Shown: positions 24,498-35,524 of the stretch, piece after piece
Layout: each line of letters starts with the position of its first letter
How positions within the stretch are numbered: position 1 is the first letter of the stretch
Assembly: GCF_004010195.1 (NCBI RefSeq)
Contig: NC_057751.1
Coordinates: 4,534,161 to 4,598,160 of the forward strand
DNA from: Chiloscyllium plagiosum
Lineage: Eukaryota
Direction of reading: 5' to 3'
Length of the DNA: 64,000 nt
The notes under the pieces: generated by a model
Seen by the model: the letters and a program-made list of their open reading frames with translations, nothing else
Database searches by the model: none
What the model was told of the DNA's origin: nothing
Made by a program: the position numbers and the translations under genes

Positions 24498-25117
24498 TCT
24501 GGAATCCAGCCCAACCTTTTATGTCCGTTTGTGTTAGTTCTCTCAGACACTTGGAACCAGTGATTGGAAATGGCCCCCACTTGCTTGAACTGAATTCTCG
24601 CTGTTCGCTCAGATCCTTTCACCTCCATCGGTCATCCAAGCAGTCATTTAGAACTGAGGTTTAACCTCTCCCCACCATCACCAGCCACACATGGCCAGGG
24701 AAGATTCTGCTCCAATGCCTTATAATTCCTCGCCAGTCCCTATGTAAGAAAGCACCCTATCTTTCTTTCCATCTCTTCATTTGCCAATGACTGCAGCTCT
24801 GCCTCTCCCCCACCTTACACCCTATGGGAACAGTTTTGCCTCCCCCTCCCCACCTCCACCATCTGCTCTGTGCAGATTTTGAACACCTTGGTTGAATCTC
24901 CTCAGGACTATCTCCTGTCCAAGCAGGCCCCCAGCTCCAATCTCTCCAAATCTTACAACTCGCTGAGTGCAAGTCAAGGCCACAGTGAACATACCTTGTT
25001 TGACGATACAAGTGGACGAGGAGGTGGTGCCTATAAGAATAAAGACCAGTAGGTTGAGTGTCTGCTTGATGTGAGGACAGAACTGTGCTAACTGAGCTGT
25101 GCTGACGGAGGACTTAC

Positions 25118-25189
25118 CTGTCGAGGGGGGAATGGTGCAGACGGGACTGCGTTGTATGCTGGAGGGGGTGCAGTGACCATTGCTGGGCC
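25118..25189 (-). CDS. adam8: ADAM8-like Pro-rich cytoplasmic exon: GPAMVTAPPPAYNAVPSAPFPPRQ
   Basis: Strong acceptor ttctgttgtgttgtgtttcag, donor gtaagt; 72 nt, phase 0-0. Confidence 0.82.
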
Positions 25190-26239
25190 CTGAAACACAA
25201 CACAACAGAACACAACTCAAGAATGAGCAAGGAGTCAGAAACAGGTCTGCAAGGCCCAACTTCCTATCAAATATGGGGGAGGCAATGTTCAGGTGGTATT
25301 ATCACGCGATTGTTCATCCAGTGATGCAGGTAATGCTAGGTTCAAATCCCTCCATGGCTGAGGATGGAATTTGAATTCAATCAAAATAAAATCTGGAATT
25401 AAGAGTTTAATGGTGACCATCGATTGGTGATTGATTGCTGGAAAAACCCATCTGGTTCGTTAATGTCTTTTAGATGTCTGGCTCACATGTGACTCAGATG
25501 GTTGACTCTTATGCATTTGGTCTTAGTGATGTCGTCATCCCGTGAATGAATAAACAAAAACTTTCCCCATCCCACTGGACAGACCATTCCCACTTGACTG
25601 GCTCATACCATCTGGAAGTCAACGAAAGGGCAATTGCTTTGTGACTGGAAACATGTGAATCAGACTGAGCTAGTATGGAGCTAATGGGACAAATAGCCTC
25701 TTTTTTTGACCATCGCTCAGCAACTTTGCAGTCGCTTGTCAGCTCCTAATCAGGTCTAGTCCCACCAATTTCTTTCTTGCTTTGACAAGTAAGGATCTCA
25801 GAATGCCCTGAATGATGGGGATTTGAACCCATATTCTCTATGAGGATAAGCACAGCCAGGCAGCAAAACACCGTGAGCAAAATGACTTGCCTGAGGTCTC
25901 ATCACACGCGGTGTCACCGGGGCACTGTCAGTAAAGGCTGGGTTCGAGAGTCCTGATGTTTGCGTTTGTGGTGTCCTGGAGACAGAATCCAGAGGTTACA
26001 AGTGGGAAGCAACAACAGTTCACAGCTCAGAGAGTGCCATCAGCAGACACACCTGCCAGCTCACAAGGCCAAAAAGTGTCCCCAAAAGGAAGCAACCAAG
26101 ACAGAGGGAACCTAGCACTCATTGACACTGAAACACAACACTCATCAGAATAAAGTGACCAGAAACACCATCCATGAATAAAATCACAGGGGTGTCCCAG
26201 AGAAACAAGCAGAGAATTTTCCCTGTGCAGGGAAGAGAC

Positions 26240-26410
26240 AGTATGTCTATCTGTGTGACTGTGTCTCTGTATGTGTCTGTGTGTATGTGTGTGTATGTAA
26301 TGATGTGACTCTGTGTGTGTGCCGATGTATCTATGTGAGTGTGTGTGTGTCTGTCTATGTGTGTGTATGTATGTGAGTATCTGTATGTGTGCATGCATGT
26401 GTGTGTGTGT
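26240..26410. repeat. Degenerate (TG)n microsatellite
   Basis: Direct inspection. Confidence 0.9.
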
Positions 26411-26787
26411 TTAAAAATCACAAAACAAATCCATGTTCAGGGAAAAGAACCAGTGAGGTTCTCTCAACCAATGAGGAAGAGTCACAAGGTGATAGAGCGG
26501 CACCTGTATCTGGTACAGTCATGCACAGGGCAGTAGGCCAATCCCACACCAGGCCTGGGGAATGGCAATGTGAGATCTGTCTTTGCATGAGTCTCCATAT
26601 CATTCTCATATTGCTGCTGTATCAGGCACACTTCAAAACTCTGGCCCTGGTGCACTGTATCGTGCTCAGGTGGTTCACAAGTCTCCTTGGGTGTAGCTAC
26701 ACTCCCTGAGAGGTACATGCACACCACATAACAGAACCATCAAGCAAATGGCATCCCTCCCTTCCTCATACTCTCAGCACCAAATAC

Positions 26788-26923
26788 CATGGGAAGCTTG
26801 CTGGTGCCCTGTTTGTCCAGGGTTATACTCAGGTTTTGGACGATAGTTTTGGACTGTGTTTGGCGGACACTGCAGGTTCTGAGTTGGCGCATGTTCTGTG
26901 ATCCAGGTGCCAGTCCAGTCCGA
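26788..26923 (-). CDS. adam8: ADAM8-like cytoplasmic exon (probable): (S)RTGLAPGSQNMRQLRTCSVRQTQSKTIVQNLSITLDKQGTSKLPM
   Basis: Acceptor ggtttcacccacag, weaker donor gtattt; 136 nt open, phase 2-0, the only candidate I found that links the TM exon to the next exon. Confidence 0.65.
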
Positions 26924-27422
26924 CTGTGGGTGAAACCAATTGAGTGTAGCTTCCTGGGAACCAATGTCACCCTATACTGTTTGACACCTCCCAGTGCAGA
27001 GTAAATCCAAGGATATGCTAAGCAAGCTCTGTATGGTCCTGGGGGTAAGCATCAAGGGCAATGGGAACCTCTCTGAAGGGCCATTTTCTTACATTGTGGA
27101 GCACAGCAAGCAACTTGCACAAAACAAGACTCCCAGAAGCCCCCCTACCCTCCAATACTGGACAGGGCACCACTACCTTGCCTTTCCTGATCTGAGAGTG
27201 AGGCATGTTCCTGTCTATCAGTGAGTTTAGAGCAGGGTCAACTTTGGTTTCCACATCTCATCGGAGAAATGGCATTGTTGGGAATGCAGCACTGATAGTG
27301 GAGAGAGTCCCACACACTGTGTCAGGCCAGAGTGAGCTCTGCAGCCTGCTGTGTTGAAAGGATAGCCAAGATACACAGACCTCTGAAGGTGTAGCTGTGG
27401 AGATTAGCTGAACCTCGTTTAC

Positions 27423-27528
27423 CTTGCAGTGACTGTGGGTTTCCTTGTATGTTTCCTGTATGCAAACGCAGCAGCTCCGAAACCAATGGTGATCAGTAAG
27501 ATGATAGCCAGCACAATAATAACGATGG
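27423..27528 (-). CDS. adam8: ADAM8-like transmembrane exon: (A)IVIIVLAIILLITIGFGAAAFAYRKHTRKPTVTA(S)
   Basis: Acceptor tctcatcttccaccttgcag, donor gtaaac; 106 nt, phase 1-2; about 23-aa hydrophobic run followed by a basic stop-transfer (RKHTRK). Confidence 0.9.
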
Positions 27529-28434
27529 CTGCAAGGTGGAAGATGAGAAACGATTACTCTGATGAGATATACCGGGGAGAGGTTAATCATCATTCCTCAT
27601 TGTTTATTTTCTCTGATCCTGTCAGGGTGAGTGGGAGGTCACAGCCCTATCAGTGTTCCGCATTCCCAATCCAATTACTCAGGCAGATTGGGAAGCAATG
27701 TCAACAGCACTGAAGCAAACTCAAACAGAACAGAAGGAGGAGGCCATTCAGCCCCTCCAGCCTGTCCCACCATTCAATACCGCCCTAGCTGATTCCTGCC
27801 TGATCTACATACCCCTTCAACCTTTCAACAAATTAAAAATCTGTCTGTCTCCTCCTGAAATTTATTCTGTGTCCCAGAGTCCAAGGCATACTCCAGGGCA
27901 AGTGAATTCCACACATTCACAACCGCACATTTGAAGGACGTAATGCCTCCTGTATTGAAATCTTCACCTAAAACTGTGAGAATTCGCCAAATCAAAAACT
28001 TTCAGATTTTCCAGACAAGACCTAAGTCTGCATTGTGTGTTCCCCTGGCATCTCCAGCTGCCAATGCTGCAGGCTAAAAGTGAAAGGTGAAAGGAAACTC
28101 CTTGTCTCACCCGAGCACAGAATACCATGGCTGGGGAGCCAGCTGGCTCCTGAAGACAGCAATGACACACAACGGCAGTTTCCTCCGAAGTTCTTCCTTG
28201 TGAAGAACAGACAGCCCCCCCCCCCCCCACCCTCTCAGCTCAGTGTCCAGCATTAGGTGCCTCAGGAGGTCCCACATAACCACTGTCACACTACACCACC
28301 CCCCCCAACCCATAGCAGGGAGAGAAACCACCAGAGTGGGGGGAGGGGTGTGCCTCGCAAATCCAACGTGATGCAGAGTTGTTGCCTGGTTGCTGGCTGC
28401 TACACAGGGTAAGATGCCAACGCCAAGGTCATAC

Positions 28435-28510
28435 CGTATGTAGGAAGACCACTGTCGGGTGATGAAGGGAAGCCGCCTTTAAGCTGACACTGCAGTAAAT
28501 GGTTACACAC
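28435..28510 (-). CDS. adam8: ADAM8-like degenerate EGF-like exon: VCNHLLQCQLKGGFPSSPDSGLPTY(A)
   Basis: Acceptor tttgtctccactctgcag, donor gtatga; 76 nt, phase 0-1; VCNH...C start conserved, last two cysteines absent. Confidence 0.88.
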
Positions 28511-31109
28511 CTGCAGAGTGGAGACAAAGATAGGGTCAGAGGTTGGGCTGGAACATCTGGGGGGGCAGGGGAGCTGGGGAGGCCTGTTTATCTGCGCAAC
28601 AGAGACATATCTCACACACACACGCACACCAGCACCCAGAGCACCACCGAGCATGCAGCATTAACCCTTTCAGCCCAACTGTTGCACCATGACAAAGTGC
28701 AGATGAACTTGTTTCATGGTTCAAGGTGGAACAGAGTGCAGATTCATTGGCCTCTCCAAAAGGCATTCCTGACAGCACCTTCACATCTCAGATGCAGGAA
28801 CACGAATCCAGCAGATTCCACCCTGACCTGCAGCACTCAGAGACTTGCTGCCTGACCTGGTATAGTTAGTAAGTTTACAGATGACATCAAAATTGGAGTT
28901 GTCGTGGGCAGCGAAGATTACCTCAGATTACAATGGGACCTTGATCAGATGGGCCAATGGACTGAGGAGTAGCAGAGGGAGTTTAATTTAGATAAATGCG
29001 AGTGCTGCATTTTAGGAAAGCAAATCTTAGCAGGACTTATACACTTAATGGTAAGGTCCTGGGGAGTGTTGCTGAACAAAGAGACCTTGGAGTGCAGGTT
29101 CATAGCTCCTTGAAAGTAGAGTTGCAGCCAGACAGGGTAGTGAAGAAGGTGTTTGGTATACTTGCCTTTAATGGTCAGAGTATTGAGTACAGGAGTTGGG
29201 AGGTCATGTTGCAGCTGTACAGGACATTGGTTAGGCCACTGTTGGAATATTGTGTGCAATTCTGGTCTCCTGCTACAGAAAAGATGTTGTGAAACTTGAA
29301 AGGGTTCAGAAAAGATTTACAAGGATGTTACCAGGGTTGGAGGATTTGAGCTATAGGGAGTCACAGAGATGTATAGCACGGAAACAGACTCTTTGGTCCA
29401 ACTCATCGATGCCAACTAGAAATCCTAAACTAATCTAGTCCCATTTGCCAGCACTTGGCCCATATTCCTCCAAACCCTTCCTATTCATATAGCCATCCGG
29501 ATGCCTTTTAAATGTTGGAATTGTACCAGCCTCCACCACTTCCTCTGGCAGCTCATTCCAAACATGTACCACCCTCTGTGTGAAAAAGTTGCCTCTTAGG
29601 TCTCTTTTATATCTTTCCCCTCTTATCCTAAACCTATACCCTCTAGTTCTGGGCTCCCCGATCCCAGGGAAAAGATTTTGTCTGTTTACCCTATCCATGC
29701 CCCTCATGATTTTATAAACTTCTATAAGGTCACCCCTCAACCTCCGACACTCCAGGGATAACAGCCCCAGCCTGTTCAGCCTCTCCGTTTTGCTCAAATC
29801 CTCCAACCCTGGCAACATCCTTGTAAATCTTTTCTGAACCCTTTCAGGTTTCACAACATCCTTCCGATAGGAGGGAAACCAGAATTGCACACAATATTCT
29901 AAAAATGGCCTAATCAATGTCCTGCTCAGCCTCAACATGACCTCTCAACTCCTGTACTCAATACTCTGACCAAAACAAGACAGTATACCAAACACCATCT
30001 TCACTATCCCACCTACCTGTGACTCCACTGTCAAGGTGCTATGAACCTGCACTCCAAGGTCTCTTTGTTCAGCAACACTCCCTTGGACCTTACGTTATCC
30101 GCCCCTACGACCAACCCCGCCCCCACTCCCAGCTCCAGCCCCACACCAGGTCCTAGCTCCCAGCCCTGCTGTATTTTCACCATCCCTCCAGGCCTCCCCC
30201 TCTCTAAGGATGAACGATCAGTCCTCAGCAGAGGCCTCACCTTCATCCCCCTACGCTCCCGGATCAATGAGTTCGACACGCAGCTAGATATTGAGCATTT
30301 GTTCCGCTGCCTTTGCCTCCGCGCCTACCTCTTCAACCAGGACTCTCGCCCACCCTCTGACGACCTCTTCTCCCGCCTCCAACACACCCCATCCACCTGC
30401 ACACCCCGTCTGGCCTCTTACCCGCCCTCGATCTCTTCATATCCAACTGCCGCCGCGACATTGACCGCCTCAACCTGTCCACCCCTCTCACCCACTCCAA
30501 CCTCTCACCCTCACAACACGCAGCCCTCCACTCCCTCCGCTCCAACCCCAACCTCACCATCAAACCGGCAGACAAGGGAGGTGTGGTGGTAGTTTGGTGC
30601 ACCAATCTTTACACCGTTGAAGCGAGACGCCAAATCGTGGACACCTCTTCCTACTGCCCCCTTGACCATGACCCCACCTCCCACCACCAAACCATCATCT
30701 CCCAGACCATCCATAACCTCATCAGCTCAGGGGATCTCCCATCCACCGCCTCCAACCTCATAGTCCCACAACCCCGCACCACCCATTTCTACCTCCTACC
30801 CAAAATCCACAAACCTGACTGCCCCGGCCGACCCATTGTCTCAGCCTGCTCCTGCCCCACCGAACTCATCTCTGCATACCTCAACACTGTCCTGTCCCTT
30901 TTTGGCCAAAACTCCCCAACTATGTTCGGGACACCACCCACACCCTCCACCTCCTCCATGATTTTTGCTTCCCCGGCCCCCAACACCTTATCTTCACGAT
31001 GGACATCCAGTCCCTATCCACTTCCATCTGCCATCACAAAGGCCTCCAAGCCCTCCGCTTCCTTCTCTCCTGCCAACCCAACCAGTACCCTTCCATTGAC
31101 ACCCTCCTT

Positions 31110-31832
31110 TGAGCCAAAGTACAAAGGGATCTTGGAGTGCTAGTCGAGGATTCTCTAAAGGTAAACATGCAGGTTGAGTCCGTGATTAAGAAAGCGAATG
31201 CAATGTTGTCTCTTATCTCAAGAGGGTTGGAATATAAAAGCAGAGATGTACTACTAAGACTTTATAAAGCTCTGGTTAGGCCCCATTTGGAGTACTGTGT
31301 CCAGTTTTGGTCCCCACACCTCAGGAAGGACATACTGGCACTGGAGCATGTCCAGCGGAGATTCACACGGATGATCCCTGGAATGGTAGGTCTAACATAC
31401 GAGGGACGGCTGAGGATCCTCGGATTGTATTCATTGGAATTTAGAAGATTAAGGGGAGATCTATTAGAAACTTACAAGATAATACATGGCTTGGAAAGGG
31501 TGGACGCTAGGAAATTGTTTCCCTTAGGCGAGGAGACGAGGACCCATGGACACAGCCTTAGAGTTAGAGGGGGTAAATTCAGAACAGAAATGCGGAGACA
31601 TTTCTTCAGCCAGAGAGTGGTGGGCCTGTGGAATTCATTGCCGCAGAGTGCAGTGGAGGCCGGGACGCTAAATGTCTTCAAGGCAGAAATTGATAAATTC
31701 TTGATGTCACAAGGAATTAAGGGCTACGGGGAGAATGTGGGTAAGTGGAGTTGAAATGCCCACCAGCCATGATTGAATGGCGGAGTGGACTCGATGGGCC
31801 GAATGGCCTTACTTCCACTACTATGTCTTATG
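31110..31832 (+). mobile_element. Relatively young 5'-truncated CR1 inserted in the PLE RT
   Basis: Uninterrupted 205-aa RT C-terminal ORF 31137..31754 plus 3' tail; PLE frame continues on both sides. Confidence 0.9.
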
Positions 31833-32236
31833 GACTGACTGAACTGGTCCTCACTCTTAACAACTTCTTCTTCCAATCCTCCCACTTCCTCCAAACCAAA
31901 GGAGTAGCCATGGGCACGCGCATGGGCCCCAGCTATGCCTGCCTCTTTGTCGGATATGTGGAACAGTCCATCTTCCGCAGCTACACTGGTGACCACCCCC
32001 CACCGTTTCCTCCGCTACATCGATTATTGTATTGGCGCTACCTCGTGCTCCCACGAGGAGGCTGAACAGTTCATCCACTTTACTAACACCTTCCACCCCA
32101 ACCTCAAATTTACCTGGACCGTCTTGGACTCCTCCTCCCCCTTCCTAGACCTCTCCATTTCTATCTCAGGCAACCGACTCAACACAGACATTTACTACAA
32201 ACCAACCAACTCCCACAGCTACCTAGATTACACCTC

Positions 32237-32954
32237 NNNNNNNNNNNNNNNNNNNNNNNNNNNNNNNNNNNNNNNNNNNNNNNNNNNNNNNNNNNNNNNN
32301 NNNNNNNNNNNNNNNNNNNNNNNNNNNNNNNNNNNNNNNNNNNNNNNNNNNNNNNNNNNNNNNNNNNNNNNNNNNNNNNNNNNNNNNNNNNNNNNNNNNN
32401 NNNNNNNNNNNNNNNNNNNNNNNNNNNNNNNNNNNNNNNNNNNNNNNNNNNNNNNNNNNNNNNNNNNNNNNNNNNNNNNNNNNNNNNNNNNNNNNNNNNN
32501 NNNNNNNNNNNNNNNNNNNNNNNNNNNNNNNNNNNNNNNNNNNNNNNNNNNNNNNNNNNNNNNNNNNNNNNNNNNNNNNNNNNNNNNNNNNNNNNNNNNN
32601 NNNNNNNNNNNNNNNNNNNNNNNNNNNNNNNNNNNNNNNNNNNNNNNNNNNNNNNNNNNNNNNNNNNNNNNNNNNNNNNNNNNNNNNNNNNNNNNNNNNN
32701 NNNNNNNNNNNNNNNNNNNNNNNNNNNNNNNNNNNNNNNNNNNNNNNNNNNNNNNNNNNNNNNNNNNNNNNNNNNNNNNNNNNNNNNNNNNNNNNNNNNN
32801 NNNNNNNNNNNNNNNNNNNNNNNNNNNNNNNNNNNNNNNNNNNNNNNNNNNNNNNNNNNNNNNNNNNNNNNNNNNNNNNNNNNNNNNNNNNNNNNNNNNN
32901 NNNNNNNNNNNNNNNNNNNNNNNNNNNNNNNNNNNNNNNNNNNNNNNNNNNNNN
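32237..32954. other. Assembly gap (718 N)
   Basis: N run. Confidence 1.
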
Positions 32955-33805
32955 CCCCGGATTCAGCACTGCCCTCTTGACCTGCAATCTTCTTCCCGAC
33001 CTCCCCACCCCCACCCCCTCTCCGGCCTATCACCCTTACTCTCACCTCCTTCCAACTATCGCATTCCCAATACCCCTCCCCCTTACCCTTCATCTCAGCC
33101 CACTTGGCACACCAGCCTCATTCCTGAAGAAGGGCTTATGCCTGAAACGTCGATTCTCTTGCTCCTCGGATGCTGCCTGGCCTGCTGTGTTTTTCCAGCA
33201 CCACATTTTTCAACAGTAAGTGTGTAAGTCCTGTCCTGATCTGCCTGGATATTCTGGGGCTGTTTTCCCTGGAGCTTTGGAGACTGACAGGTGACCTTAT
33301 AGATGTTTATAAAGTCATGCGGGGAGAGGGTAAATAAACAAGGTCTTTTCCCAGGCTAGGGGAGTCCAGAACTGGAGGACATAGGTTTAGTGTGAGAGGG
33401 GAAAGATTTAAAAGGGATCAAAGAGGCAATTTTTCACTCAGGGGGTATATGGAATGAGCTGCCAGAGGAAGTGGTGGAGGCTGGTTCAATTCCAACATTT
33501 AAAAGGCATCTGGATGTGTAAATGAATAGGAAGGGTTTAGCGGGATATGGGCCAAATGCTGGCAAATGGGACGAGATTAAGTGAGGATATTTGGTCGGCA
33601 TGGAGGAGTTGCATCCAAGGGTCAATTTCCATGTCGGAAGACTCTCTGACTCAATGTCTGCACTCTCTGACTGTCACATCCTTAAATCTATTCTTCTCAA
33701 GGACTGGTCAAGCCAAACTCAGTCAGCAGGTGGCTGGAGGCAGAGTACCCCGTCCCTGAGCGGGGAGTGGTGGCACAGTCAATTCGAGACTTGGGGAGGG
33801 TTTCG

Positions 33806-33848
<43 letters not shown>

Positions 33849-33928
33849 ACAGCTTCCGTTTCACCACAGATCAGCCTTGGGATTGGCAGAACATCGAAGC
33901 AAACGGGCACGTGAGCCAGTTGCCTTAC

Positions 33929-34000
33929 CCCGTCTGCTGGGCACTTCCTGGAACACTCATCGACAAGTGGCACCTTGGTACACCTGGAGTTGACACACAT
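33929..34000 (-). CDS. adam8: ADAM8-like exon, end of Cys-rich/start of EGF-like: MCVNSRCTKVPLVDECSRKCPADG
   Basis: Acceptor ctttctgccctctccacag, donor gtaagg; 72 nt, phase 0-0; C....C and CS.KC...G spacing. Confidence 0.9.
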
Positions 34001-35373
34001 CTGTGGAGAGGGCAGAAAGGCTGAGGATATATTCATTACTGAAGTTCACATGGTCAGAGGAACTCATCACGTGGAGATAGATTTCTGGATGTCAAGCAGG
34101 TCAGAGAAGGAGAGGGAGAGAGAGAGAAAAAAACAAACCTCATTCAGACTGGCAAGTCCCATTTGCAAAACTCGAATCACAAAGTGGAAAAAGCAATCAC
34201 TGATTTGCTTTGAGGTTTATCGGTGAACAGCCACCAACCTGATGTCCCTCAGTGATGTAACTGGATTGGCAACACTTTCCCCGATAGCCTGTCTTGCTGA
34301 GAGAGGACAAGGAAGGATGGAGAGATAGCACAGAAGTTCAGGCAGCCCACCACAGTCCAGTGGAGCTGCGGAGGAAGTGACCTCACGGATAGATTTTCAA
34401 GAGAGGGGATTTCCATGGCGAGTTCCTGATCACTCTGGCACTCAGAAGCTTCAGGACACTGAGGGGAGATTTCGAAGGGAAGCTGGGCAGAAATTATTGT
34501 GGCACAGCCTGCTGGGAGGATCCAGAAAGCTCCACGAGGCTGAACCAGCACCACATGTTGATGGAACAACCAAACAGAGGAGGCTGTCGCTTTGTGGTCA
34601 CGTCACTGGACTAACTATGCAGAACCCCTTGTGAATGCCCTGAGGAGAGGAGTTCAAAACCCACAACAGCAGGTAGTGACTTTCAACTTCAATAAAAAGC
34701 TGGAACATGGATTCTGGAAGATGAAACAACGTAATTGCTGTCGATTGTCAGACTAAACAATCCAGTTCACCAATGTCTTTCAGGGAAGGAAATCTGCCCT
34801 CCTTACCCAGGCTGGCCTGTGAGTGATTCCAGACCCATGGCAATGTGGTTGATTCTTAAACATTTCGGGATGGGCAATAACTGCTGGCCTACTCAGTGAC
34901 GCTAACATGCCATGAATGGGTGGCAAGTGGCTCAGTGGTTAGCACTGCTGCTTCACTATGCCAGGGACCTGGGTTCAGTTCCAGCTTCGGGCGACTGTCT
35001 GTGTGGAGTTTGCACGTTCTCCCCGTGTCTGCATGGGTTTCCTTCGGGTGCTCCGGTTTCCTCCCACAATCAAAAGATGTGCAGGTTAGGTGGAATGGCC
35101 ATGGGAAATGCAGGGTAACAGGGAGGGGATGGAGAGGGGGTAGATCTGGGTTGGAGGCTCTTCGGAGGGTAAGTGTGGGCTTGATGGACTGAACAGCCTG
35201 CTTCCAGACTGTAGGGATTCTATGACTGAACAAATGAATTAAAGTGATGCCAAAAATGTCAACACAATGTCTGTCCCACCAGGAAGAGTTCAGGTGTAGA
35301 CCAATTAGGACAGATCTGACATATTCCAAGGGCTTTCCCTGTCTTAGTCAATGAGTCCATTCATTCCCATTAC

Positions 35374-35524
35374 CTTGTTATCTCCGCACTTTGTTCCGTT
35401 TTGCACCAAGCTGACTGGATCCAGTACCACTTGGCAAACCGTGCTTCCGATTCTGATTGAGCCAGTGATATAACTTGGCTGCTTGTTCCCACCAGTGCAG
35501 CTCAGTTGTCCACACATGATGTCC
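35374..35524 (-). CDS. adam8: ADAM8-like Cys-rich exon: (E)DIMCGQLSCTGGNKQPSYITGSIRIGSTVCQVVLDPVSLVQNGTKCGDNK
   Basis: Acceptor ccacctcaattgacag, donor gtaatg; 151 nt, phase 2-0; D..CG.L.C and GTKCG..K motifs. Confidence 0.94.

Larger units (their letters stand above)
30094..33215 (+). mobile_element. Penelope-like retroelement, long degenerate RT fragment plus 3' end; interrupted by a CR1 (31110-31832) and an N-gap
   Basis: LSRGLTFIP, IKPADKGG, LLPKIHK, GRPIVS, GVAMGTRMGPSYA, RYID and FLDL motifs with frameshifts; hammerhead-like end at 33124-33152. Confidence 0.9.
29359..33249 (-). mobile_element. Antisense CR1 fragment (29359-30093 plus 33216-33249) nested in the previous CR1
   Basis: ORF 29435..29938 is a CR1 RT C-terminus; ggaccttac|...taagtgtgtaagtcctg continuity as in the copy at 57201-57240. 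Confidence 0.85.
28860..33655 (+). mobile_element. CR1 LINE fragment split into 28860-29360 and about 33250-33655 by nested insertions
   Basis: KFTDD.K, LHFRK.N, RPLLEYCVQFWSP; sequence stops at ctatagggag and resumes at ctggggctgttttccctggag. Confidence 0.85.

Noticed and set aside
31935..33227. Long ORFs of 430, 304 and 263 aa in the ORF track
   Set aside because: They read through the N-gap; the real parts are PLE RT fragments.
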